A DNA stretch of 15,321 nt from the IMG/VR virus record IMGVR_UViG_2684622670_000006; one strand, 5' to 3'. The notes beneath the pieces were generated by a model. That model was not told where the DNA came from, did no database searches, and was given only the letters and a program-made list of their open reading frames with translations. Each line of letters starts with the position of its first letter. Position 1 is the first letter of the stretch. Of this stretch, positions 8,000 through 14,951 are shown in pieces. This DNA is from a virus (Duplodnaviria; Heunggongvirae; Uroviricota; Caudoviricetes). A program made the position numbers and the translations under genes.

Positions 8000-8602
8000 T
8001 CATGGCATGGCCATGAGCATTTTCACGTCCGCATCACCGTCTGCTGACGTCTGTGGCACGCCACCCTGTACCGCTGCCGGTGAATGGTTCGCCATGAAAT
8101 GTTCAAACATGGCGGTTGTGGATGCAGAGACCGGTTCTGCCTTACCTGATCCCGCAGCCAGCACAGCCCGGGCGCTCTCCACAGTCATTCCCAGGCAGGC
8201 AGCCAGCTGTTCAGCCTGCGCCTCAGCCCCTTTTGCCTCATCCAGTGCCATGATCTGATCACGGAGTGAGGGTCCGGCATCCGCCTGCGGTGAAGCAGCC
8301 AGGATCGGGCGGGCTTTTTCCACCGTCATCTCCGGCATCGCCGCCAGCGTTGCCGCCAGTTGTTCACGACCTTTCGCTTCTTCACACGCCATAATGCGAT
8401 CGGCTTCACTCTGCGCGGGTACCACCGGCTGCTGTGGTGCCGCCACGGCCAGAATCGCCCGGGCCTGTTCAACGCTCATGCCCTGTTGTCCTGCCAGCAT
8501 CGTGGCAAGCTGTTCACGTCCTTTCGCTTCCTGGCATGTCAGGATCCCCATAACTCGCTGGTTCTCCTGCGCGGCGGCTTCCGTTGCAGTTAATTGCGGC
8601 AT
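8000..8602 (-). CDS. Nu3: Scaffolding protein Nu3-like, nested in-frame in the 3' part of C (internal start)
   Basis: In-frame ATG at 8602 (MPQLTATEAAAQENQRVMGILTCQEAKGREQ...) with a strong Shine-Dalgarno (AGAGGAGG) inside the C coding sequence. This mirrors the lambda C/Nu3 nested arrangement. Confidence 0.65.
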   Translation of the reverse strand: MPQLTATEAAAQENQRVMGILTCQEAKGREQLATMLAGQQGMSVEQARAILAVAAPQQPVVPAQSEADRIMACEEAKGREQLAATLAAMPEMTVEKARPILAASPQADAGPSLRDQIMALDEAKGAEAQAEQLAACLGMTVESARAVLAAGSGKAEPVSASTTAMFEHFMANHSPAAVQGGVPQTSADGDADVKMLMAMP

Positions 8603-9505
8603 AGTGCCTCCTCTGACATTACTGTTCAGCGCCGTGGCCATCACACTGATGGCATCCGACGCATTGACTAATTCATCCGCCAGCCCGGCATCAATGCCGG
8701 ACTGACCTTCAAAAACGGCGGCCTCTGTTCCCGTGACGGCATCAACAGACAGGCCGGTAAACATCGCCACTTTTTCGGCAAACATCCGGCGCGCCGCATC
8801 AATCCGCTGCTGCATGTCCTGGCGAACCTCTGCCGGCAACGCTTCAAACTGATTGCCATCCACCTTGTGCGCCCCTGAGTAAATCAGCGTGATATCCACA
8901 CCGGCCTGCGCCAGATGACCGGCATAGCTGACATGGCTCATCATCACGCCAATGGAGCCGATACGGGATGTCTGGGTAACCAGCCGTCGGGAGCAGGCCG
9001 ACGCCAGCAGCATGGCTGCAGAACAGGCCGTGTCATTGCACAGTGCCCAGACCGGCTTCTGCTGACGGAGGCGGTAAATCATGTCAGCGCAGTCAAACGC
9101 TCCGGCGGCCTGCCCGCCCGGACTGTCAATGTCCAGCAGTACGCCCCGCACCTGGCTATCCGCCATTGCCTGCTGAAGACAGGCGACAATGCCGTCATAG
9201 CCTGTCATTCCGGAAAATGGCCGCATACCACCCAGCCGGTGCACCAGCGTGCCGGTCACCGGCAGTACAGCAATACCGTTCACCACCCGGTAAACACGGG
9301 CCGGTCGTTTACCTCCGGCCATATACTCGTCCGTTTCAGCCAGCATTCCGGGAGCATCAAGCTGTACCTGTTGTTGTGGTACCGAAAGACTTGCTGCCCC
9401 CATCTCGCGCCCGAGCGCGCAAAAGAAAACCCGCGCATAGGCGGGCTCCAGAAGCAGCGGTTCATTGAATGCTGCGGCAATAATGTGTGAAAGATTACGT
9501 CTCAC
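8000..9505 (-). CDS. C: Prohead protease / minor capsid protein C (lambda gpC-like, ClpP/S49-type), 501 aa
   Basis: N-terminal region matches lambda gpC motifs (AFNEPLLLEPAYARVFFCAL, GMTGYDGI, KPVWALCNDTACSAA, SRRLVTQTSRIGSIGVMMSH, ITLIYSGAHKVDGN). The track start at 9505 is a GTG codon, with GAGGAG upstream. The C-terminal part carries three tandem copies of a roughly 48-aa repeat. Confidence 0.9.
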   Translation of the reverse strand: MRRNLSHIIAAAFNEPLLLEPAYARVFFCALGREMGAASLSVPQQQVQLDAPGMLAETDEYMAGGKRPARVYRVVNGIAVLPVTGTLVHRLGGMRPFSGMTGYDGIVACLQQAMADSQVRGVLLDIDSPGGQAAGAFDCADMIYRLRQQKPVWALCNDTACSAAMLLASACSRRLVTQTSRIGSIGVMMSHVSYAGHLAQAGVDITLIYSGAHKVDGNQFEALPAEVRQDMQQRIDAARRMFAEKVAMFTGLSVDAVTGTEAAVFEGQSGIDAGLADELVNASDAISVMATALNSNVRGGTMPQLTATEAAAQENQRVMGILTCQEAKGREQLATMLAGQQGMSVEQARAILAVAAPQQPVVPAQSEADRIMACEEAKGREQLAATLAAMPEMTVEKARPILAASPQADAGPSLRDQIMALDEAKGAEAQAEQLAACLGMTVESARAVLAAGSGKAEPVSASTTAMFEHFMANHSPAAVQGGVPQTSADGDADVKMLMAMP

Positions 9506-9713
9506 GTGGTGTTGTCTCCTCTTCCGGCCTGCGACTCTCCGCTATCTGCTGCTGATACGCCTGCGCTATCCACACCGGACGTGAGAGTCCGGCTTTTTCC
9601 CGCTCTGCAGATTCCCTGACCTGCTGGCGGAAAATGTCCTGATAATCCTCGCCCATCAGCGCCAGCTCTTTCTCATACGTGCTCAGTCCGGCCTCAATGC
9701 GCATCACTGATTC
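9495..9713 (-). pseudogene. B: In-frame continuation of the portal gene downstream of the amber codon (portal C-terminal about 72 codons)
   Basis: Same frame as B. Translation ESVMRIEAGLSTYEKELALMGEDYQDIFRQQVRESAEREKAGLSRP... matches the lambda gpB C-terminus (MLIEAGLSTYEKE...QEIFAQQVRE...). Confidence 0.75.
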
Positions 9714-11087
9714 CTAGACTTCCTTGAGCCCATCAATGGTCATTCTTCCGGCTCCAATCCACTCTGCCCGTGACCAGGCTGATCGCGCCTGATAAAAATC
9801 AAAACGTGCCCGTGGCGGACGAATAATCCCCCGAAGAAGTGCCTCTTCCAGCCAGCAGGAAAACATCTGCGTGGCCAGCCGGGCCGCAATAAATTTTCGC
9901 CGCCCCATAAAATAGCGCCACGACTCATTGGCGGAGGCGCGGGCACTTGAGTAACTGACCTTCGAGTAATCACGGGACAACTGTTCGTAGGAAACGCCAA
10001 GACCGGCGGCGATATACCGCAGCAACGCCTGTTCAAGCGCAGAAAATCCATTGTCTGAATCCTGCGCAGTCTGTAGTTTCAGATCATCACCAGGGAAAAG
10101 GTGCGGAATTTTGACACCGCCCAGTGTCACGTTATTCGTGTCATACCAGCTGGAGAACTTCTCCAGAATATTAATAAGCGGATTATCCTTCTGCTCCTGT
10201 GGCGCGCCGGCGATATATTCAAAGGCCTTTTCGGTATCAAGTTCACTTTCAATCGTCGCTGCATACATCGCCTTCACTATGGCCGACTGAAGCTGTGTTG
10301 CCTGCAGGGAATCGAGCATCTTCAGCCGTTCCATGACGCTGTAAAACTGATTAGCCCCACGAGTCTGCCCGTCCTCCACCGGCTCGAAAATATGCAGCAT
10401 GGCCGGACGCCCGGTGGCAAGTTCACGCGGGATCCGTTCCCATCGTCCACTACCAGAGAACGGAAAATCATCCTCACAGATATGGTACGCAACGGCACGG
10501 CCATATCGATCGACCTCCACACCGGCCCGCAGAAAGCGGTTCCCCATACCGTGTCCTGGCGTGTCCACCCGTTTCGGACTCACGGCTTTAAAACGCGTAC
10601 GAAATAACTGCGTGGTTTCCGTATCCCAGACCGGCTGCACAAAGATTTCGCCGTTAAACGCATGAACGCCCACACCTTCACGGATAAATTCCGTAAATGT
10701 GCGTTTTCCTTCCACGTCGATCTCGCCAAACATCCCTTCTGCGTATTCCGACCAGGCCGCCTCCACCTCATCGACAAAGCTTTTTGCTGCGGTCTCCCGC
10801 ATCCCCAGCCAGCGCCAGTTCGGACGGTAGCTGATCAGAAACATATGCCCGACAATGTGATCCTTATGCAGGGCCACCGCATTAGCCGCTATTCCGTTAT
10901 TGCGCACCAGATCATCTGCCCGGGCATTCCCCAGACGCAACGCGGGCAGCAGGGCCGCATCGACACTCTGCGCCGGTGGCAACCACTCCGCCATTTGCCC
11001 GCCAAATCCTGCGCCGCCCCCGTTGTAGCTGAGACTCTCACGAAGCGGAACGCCGTTCACATCAATCAGGACAGGCGTTCGTTTCAT
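9714..11087 (-). CDS. B: Portal protein B (lambda gpB-like), ending prematurely at an in-frame amber codon (457 aa as encoded)
   Basis: 457-aa ORF collinear with lambda gpB (e.g. GANQFYSVMERLKMLDSLQATQLQSAIVKAMYAATIESELDT, LLRYIAAGLGVSYEQLSR). It ends ...GRMTIDGLKEV followed by TAG at 9714-9716, where lambda continues with Gln. Confidence 0.9.
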   Translation of the reverse strand: MKRTPVLIDVNGVPLRESLSYNGGGAGFGGQMAEWLPPAQSVDAALLPALRLGNARADDLVRNNGIAANAVALHKDHIVGHMFLISYRPNWRWLGMRETAAKSFVDEVEAAWSEYAEGMFGEIDVEGKRTFTEFIREGVGVHAFNGEIFVQPVWDTETTQLFRTRFKAVSPKRVDTPGHGMGNRFLRAGVEVDRYGRAVAYHICEDDFPFSGSGRWERIPRELATGRPAMLHIFEPVEDGQTRGANQFYSVMERLKMLDSLQATQLQSAIVKAMYAATIESELDTEKAFEYIAGAPQEQKDNPLINILEKFSSWYDTNNVTLGGVKIPHLFPGDDLKLQTAQDSDNGFSALEQALLRYIAAGLGVSYEQLSRDYSKVSYSSARASANESWRYFMGRRKFIAARLATQMFSCWLEEALLRGIIRPPRARFDFYQARSAWSRAEWIGAGRMTIDGLKEV

Positions 11088-11290
11088 AACCTCACTCCCA
11101 GCGGACGACGGCGACGTCGGGTTGTCCCCAGTACCGACTCCGCATCATTGATCGCCCGGTTAAGCTCATCCAGAGAAGCCGCCGTATATTCAATTCTGCG
11201 ACCATCTTTCTGGACAGACACCACCCGTTTACCGGTTAATAAATCAAGGCGCGCCTGACGCAGCGCCTGCAGTTCAGCGACTGTAACCAT
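11084..11290 (-). CDS. W: Head completion / head-tail joining protein W (lambda gpW-like, 68 aa)
   Basis: MVTVAELQALRQARLDLLTGKRVVSVQKDGRRIEYTAASL... aligns with lambda gpW (TGKRVATVQKDGRRVEFTA). ATG at 11290 is preceded by GGAGGAG. Stop overlaps the B start (ATGA). Confidence 0.9.
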   Translation of the reverse strand: MVTVAELQALRQARLDLLTGKRVVSVQKDGRRIEYTAASLDELNRAINDAESVLGTTRRRRRPLGVRL

Positions 11291-13203
11291 TCACTCCTCC
11301 GGACAGCTTCGCTGCCAGTTCTTTCAGGGTTGGCCGGGTCGTCTCTATCTTCCCGGGATTTTGCCAGTACAGCCAGATCAAGCTGCCAGCGTTGCACGGA
11401 CACACGTAATGCCGCGTAGGCATACACCAGGCAGTCCAGCGCTTCGTTACGCCGCTTTTTGTTATCCCACAGCAGACGCATCTTTCCTTTTTCCCACTTC
11501 TCCACAAGCTCTTCCGCGACCAGTTGCTGCGCCTCTGCCTGCGAAAAAATCTCCGGATCATCAGGAAAACGGATGGCATACGACGTGGATTCATCCGCAG
11601 GCGTGGGAGCGGCTTTCATACGGGCATAGAGAATTTCTTTTGCGGTGTCTGTCCCCACTTCACACAGATACACGCCCCGCTGATTGCGGGTTTTTGGCAT
11701 GGTGATCACCGGCTTACCATAGACAGATGCGCCTTTTACCGGCAGCACCCGGAAAACACCGTGTTTTTTTGACCTCTGATAAACGATTTCGCCATCGATC
11801 CCCCCGATGTCCCAGCAGACACGGGAAATGGTCATTTCGGTTCCGTCTGCATGGCGGTATTTTTTGTTGATCGCCGCATCCACACGTAACAGCGTCTCTT
11901 CCTCATCGGGACGTCCCATAATGATGATTTTATCCACCAGAAAGGCTTCCTCTCCCGGAGCCCATCCCCAGACATACATCTCAAAACGGTTTCGCTGCGA
12001 GTCAATGCCCGCCGTCAGATAAACCACCCGGGCTGGCACCGCCGCCGTGTAATGCACAACCTTATCCATCAGTACCTGGTGATCGAGTTTTTCGCCCACG
12101 GCCTCTTCCCAGGTCTCGCCCAGCGTGGTGTTAACAAAAGTTTTCAGACCGTTGGGATCTTTCAGTGCATCCAGCCAGTCATAGACAATCTGTACCCAGG
12201 TGGTGAACGGACTGTACGCCGTCCAGATATGGAAAGTGATGGAGCGCGGCGGCGGAATTTCATCCCCCCGGGCGCTGAAAAACATCAGGCCGTCACGGGT
12301 CCACATGCTCGTGTTTTCACAGATCCACCGCCCGTTACTCTGGTCAAGCTCAGACTGATGGATCACACAGCCATGATGCTCACAAAGGTAGAAAACACTT
12401 TCTGGCTTATTCTTCTCCCACTTAAGACCGAAAGGCGAGGCATCATCGCCAAATTTCAGATACTGCGCCTCCCCACAGTGCGGACAGGGCACGTAAAAAC
12501 GCATGAAATGTGCCGACTCGTTAGCGGCTTTTTCGATCTGGCAGGAGCCTTTGATTTTAGGCGTCGAGCCGCGAATGGATTTTGGCCATACAGAGCCCTC
12601 AATACGTTTATCCCCCAGCAGGGTTGGCGACCCCTCTTTTTCAACATCCGGTTCGAACGAGGAAAGCTCGTCATAACAGACCACATCCACGGATTTTTCA
12701 CGGTAGTTTTTGGCGGCAGCGCCGCCCAGGCACCAGAAGCCCACACCCGATGAAAAGCGTTTCAGCGTGAGAGTATTGTCACGATGTTTACGACCCAGCC
12801 ATGGGGAAAGGTCTTTCAGGCATGGCACGTCCCGAATCGTCGCCTCCACGTGAGACTTCATAAAATCTTCAGCGGCAGAATCCGTGGGCTGAAAAAGCAG
12901 ACTGTTTCGGGATTTATGCTCAATAAAATACCCGACCACCCCCAGCAACATCTTTGTATAGCCAACACGGGCAGATTTAATCAGATTAACAGTGCGGATC
13001 TGATCATTCCCCATACTGTTCATGATGGCGATCTGGAATGGCAGCGTTTTCCATTCGCCGTCACCGTATGAGGATTCTTTAGGCAGATAATAATTTTGAT
13101 CAGCCCATTCAACTGCCGTCATCGGTACAACCCTGACCAGAGGCTGCAGCGCAACCGAAACGGCAGCCATCATATTATTCAGTTGTTGCTCTGATATATT
13201 CAT
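11236..13203 (-). CDS. A: Terminase large subunit A (lambda gpA-like); 3' end probably frameshifted
   Basis: From the ATG at 13203 (MNISEQQLNN...TAVEWADQNYYLPKES...), collinear with lambda gpA including Walker/ATPase and nuclease regions. The last ~30 codons of the listed frame are Arg/Cys-rich and overlap W by 55 nt. A lambda-like C-terminus (TLKELAAKLSGG...) is in the +1 frame, ending at 11274. Confidence 0.85.
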   Translation of the reverse strand: MNISEQQLNNMMAAVSVALQPLVRVVPMTAVEWADQNYYLPKESSYGDGEWKTLPFQIAIMNSMGNDQIRTVNLIKSARVGYTKMLLGVVGYFIEHKSRNSLLFQPTDSAAEDFMKSHVEATIRDVPCLKDLSPWLGRKHRDNTLTLKRFSSGVGFWCLGGAAAKNYREKSVDVVCYDELSSFEPDVEKEGSPTLLGDKRIEGSVWPKSIRGSTPKIKGSCQIEKAANESAHFMRFYVPCPHCGEAQYLKFGDDASPFGLKWEKNKPESVFYLCEHHGCVIHQSELDQSNGRWICENTSMWTRDGLMFFSARGDEIPPPRSITFHIWTAYSPFTTWVQIVYDWLDALKDPNGLKTFVNTTLGETWEEAVGEKLDHQVLMDKVVHYTAAVPARVVYLTAGIDSQRNRFEMYVWGWAPGEEAFLVDKIIIMGRPDEEETLLRVDAAINKKYRHADGTEMTISRVCWDIGGIDGEIVYQRSKKHGVFRVLPVKGASVYGKPVITMPKTRNQRGVYLCEVGTDTAKEILYARMKAAPTPADESTSYAIRFPDDPEIFSQAEAQQLVAEELVEKWEKGKMRLLWDNKKRRNEALDCLVYAYAALRVSVQRWQLDLAVLAKSREDRDDPANPERTGSEAVRRSEWLQSLNCRRCVRRALIY

Positions 13204-13684
13204 CGAGTAAATCCGGTAATTTATCCCCTGCCCGCGCACACTGATTTGCCCCCTTCGCAATAAGGGTTTTCAGATGGTCAAGATGGCGCGGTGTTAAATC
13301 AGGAAACTGTCGCTGCATGGATAAAGGGATGGAATCAAGCGTACTGGATAACGCCATTGCCAGCTTACTGAGGGCAAAAATACAGAATCCGGTGTCAATA
13401 AGCTTTCCTTCGGACGCCTGATTTTTTAATTGCTGGGCGATTGCCTGTTCTTCGATCAACTTCCATCTGGCAATGAGTAACTTTTCTTCATAGTCGTCTT
13501 CGCTATCGCCATCAGGCACATCGTTTTTACTTCTCCTCAGATACGATATGTAAAAATCACGCCAGGCATCCAGATCCAGTTGTCCTCGCTTATTCGAGAC
13601 CGGAGCACCCGGCAATTTCTGCAATCTGCGAAGCTGGCGATCGGTCAGACTCAAATGCCTGGCAACTTCAGTCTGCGTAGCCAC
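13175..13684 (-). CDS. Nu1: Terminase small subunit Nu1-like (169 aa) with a non-lambda N-terminal HTH domain
   Basis: C-terminal half resembles lambda Nu1 (FCIFALSKLA...SIPLSMQRQFPDL..RHLDHLK...LPDLLDEYI). The N-terminal about 60 aa (ATQTEVARHLSLTDRQLRRLQ...) is unlike lambda. Start is a GTG at 13684 with GAGGT 5 nt upstream. It sits next to cos and overlaps the A start as in lambda. Confidence 0.85.
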   Translation of the reverse strand: MATQTEVARHLSLTDRQLRRLQKLPGAPVSNKRGQLDLDAWRDFYISYLRRSKNDVPDGDSEDDYEEKLLIARWKLIEEQAIAQQLKNQASEGKLIDTGFCIFALSKLAMALSSTLDSIPLSMQRQFPDLTPRHLDHLKTLIAKGANQCARAGDKLPDLLDEYIRATTE

Positions 13685-13731
13685 TCCTCACCTCGCAAAA
13701 ACTCTTACCTCACAATCAGCACAAAACCGGT

Positions 13732-13830
13732 CATGTCCGGTTTATATGTCTATTTTTTGCGCATGTCCGGTTCACGGAAAACCTGTTTTTATATTTTTTA
13801 TGTAGTTAACTTGCAGAGAAACCGGACATG
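13732..13830 (-). repeat. cosB-like region: three copies of a 9-bp element CATGTCCGG (two direct, one inverted) flanking an AT-rich spacer; putative small-terminase binding sites and IHF site
   Basis: catgtccgg at 13732-13740 and 13762-13770, and ccggacatg at 13822-13830. The AT-rich stretch at 13771-13821 lies between the second and third copies. The layout parallels lambda cosB (R3-I1-R2-R1) between cosN and Nu1. Confidence 0.5.
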
Positions 13831-13867
13831 GTTCCCGGAAAATTTTCATAAATAGCGAAAAACCGCG

Positions 13868-13879
13868 AGGTCGCCGCCC
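13868..13879 (-). other. cosN: the 12-nt cohesive-end sequence (minus strand GGGCGGCGACCT), with lambda-like flanking cosQ-side sequence up to about 13910
   Basis: Minus strand reads ...CGATCCGACAGGCTACG GGGCGGCGACCT CGCGGTTTTTCGCTATTTATGAAAATTTTCCGG..., almost base-for-base the lambda right-end/left-end junction as recalled. Confidence 0.8.
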
Positions 13880-14183
13880 CGTAGCCTGTCGGATCGCCGG
13901 AAAGGACCCGTTGGCCGTTCTGCTCTACTTCGTAATGGGATTTAATAGCTGAACGACAAAAGTCGTGCGAACACAGTCACACAGACCTGAATACACGTCC
14001 TGTTTCTTCCACCCCCGCACAGGACTGGCGAGCATGAGGGACAACCCCGCGAATCATTAGCGTGGTAAAAACCCGGTGTGCATCGTTTTTGATTATTCCC
14101 GCACACTCGCGCAGAAGGAATTCCCCGTCGGGCTACGGTCATGGTTAATGCGGGAATACAGCGACGATGCAGCGCAAGATATG

Positions 14184-14738
14184 TCAGGCCTGAATACCTT
14201 TATCGAATCCCGGTAATAAAAACTGTCCCTGTCTCTCCAGACGTTCCAGCTTTGCAAGCAATTGAGGTTTTTTCGTTCTCCCCCAGCGATTGAGCAGACG
14301 GCCTGACATGCTGGCGACATCCTTCTCTTTCATGTACTCCAGCATTACGGCATTTCTCTCTTCTTCAAATTGACGATGGCCAACCTGAAGCATGGCGTAC
14401 ATCCAGTTAAATGCGTTGATATAAGCAATTTTGATACGCATTGCTTCTTTTTTGGTGTAGGACATAACCAAAAGCATCAACCCATCCTTACGTAGCCGAT
14501 AGAATTTTTGTGGCTTACCATTCTGTAACTCATTGTTTTTATAGCAAACCTCAAAATTGAGTTTTGTATCAAACTCTTCAGGACAAGCAGCGATAGTTCT
14601 TTCTACATCACGCACAACGTTGTCATGTCGCTTACGAAATGCTTTCGCCACCATAAATGAATCGGTGACAGGGTCATTGTTGGTAATAAAAACCAGTTCT
14701 TTGAAATCAATGCCGTCAACGATAGTTGGATAATTCAT
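14184..14738 (-). CDS. Rha-family phage regulatory protein (184 aa), a moron between the lysis cassette and cos
   Basis: N-terminal Rha-domain motifs (DSFMVAKAFRKRHDNVVRDVER, LNFE, DGLMLLVMSYTKKEAMRIKIAYINAFN). The region is visibly more AT-rich than the flanking structural genes. No lambda counterpart at this position. Confidence 0.8.
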   Translation of the reverse strand: MNYPTIVDGIDFKELVFITNNDPVTDSFMVAKAFRKRHDNVVRDVERTIAACPEEFDTKLNFEVCYKNNELQNGKPQKFYRLRKDGLMLLVMSYTKKEAMRIKIAYINAFNWMYAMLQVGHRQFEEERNAVMLEYMKEKDVASMSGRLLNRWGRTKKPQLLAKLERLERQGQFLLPGFDKGIQA

Positions 14739-14885
14739 CGGTAATTACCTTTTAGTGATGAACCTTGTCACACAGGATTCCGGCCCACAGAAAGGCACCG
14801 ATAACCAAACCGGCATCCTCAAGGGTCATCCTGAAAGGTTCTGTGTTCATAAGTCGCGCGTGTAAAGCGCATTTACTGAGGACAT

Positions 14886-14909
14886 AAAAAAGCCCCGCTT
14901 CTGCGAGGC
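14886..14909 (-). terminator. Rho-independent terminator downstream of Rz/Rz1
   Basis: Minus strand: GCCUCGC-AGAA-GCGGGGC (7-bp stem, one G-U pair) followed directly by UUUUUUAUGUC. It lies 40-60 nt after the Rz stop. Confidence 0.6.
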
Positions 14910-14951
14910 ATTTTCCTGAAAGTCACTTGTTAAATTTCAGTGAAGTTAAAA

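Noticed and set aside
9740-10051. 103-aa minus-strand ORF inside the portal gene in another frame, and similar nested ORFs (e.g. 10322-10522, 10580-10777, 1019-1243)
   Set aside because: Alternative-frame ORFs inside a well-supported gene, with no start signals and no recognisable domains.
12052-12753. 233-aa plus-strand ORF antisense to terminase A, plus other long plus-strand ORFs (430-996, 1171-1584, 2265-2747, 7196-7534, 8915-9490, 10101-10607, 10662-11258)
   Set aside because: All lie antisense to, or span the junctions of, strongly supported lambda-like minus-strand genes. Their translations are low-complexity and Arg/Pro/Cys-rich with no recognisable family, as expected for shadow ORFs in GC-rich coding DNA.
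13942-14142. 66-aa Cys-rich minus-strand ORF between cos and the Rha gene
   Set aside because: No Shine-Dalgarno upstream, composition typical of a random ORF, and it lies in the region corresponding to lambda's non-coding right end (cosQ side).
14752-14850. Small minus-strand ORF (32 aa, MNTEPFRMTLEDAGLVIGAFLWAGILCDKVHH) with a hydrophobic segment, upstream of the Rha gene
   Set aside because: It is short and has no convincing ribosome-binding site (upstream sequence gcgcgactt). It could be a small membrane peptide, but the evidence is insufficient; more likely it is part of the Rha promoter/leader region.
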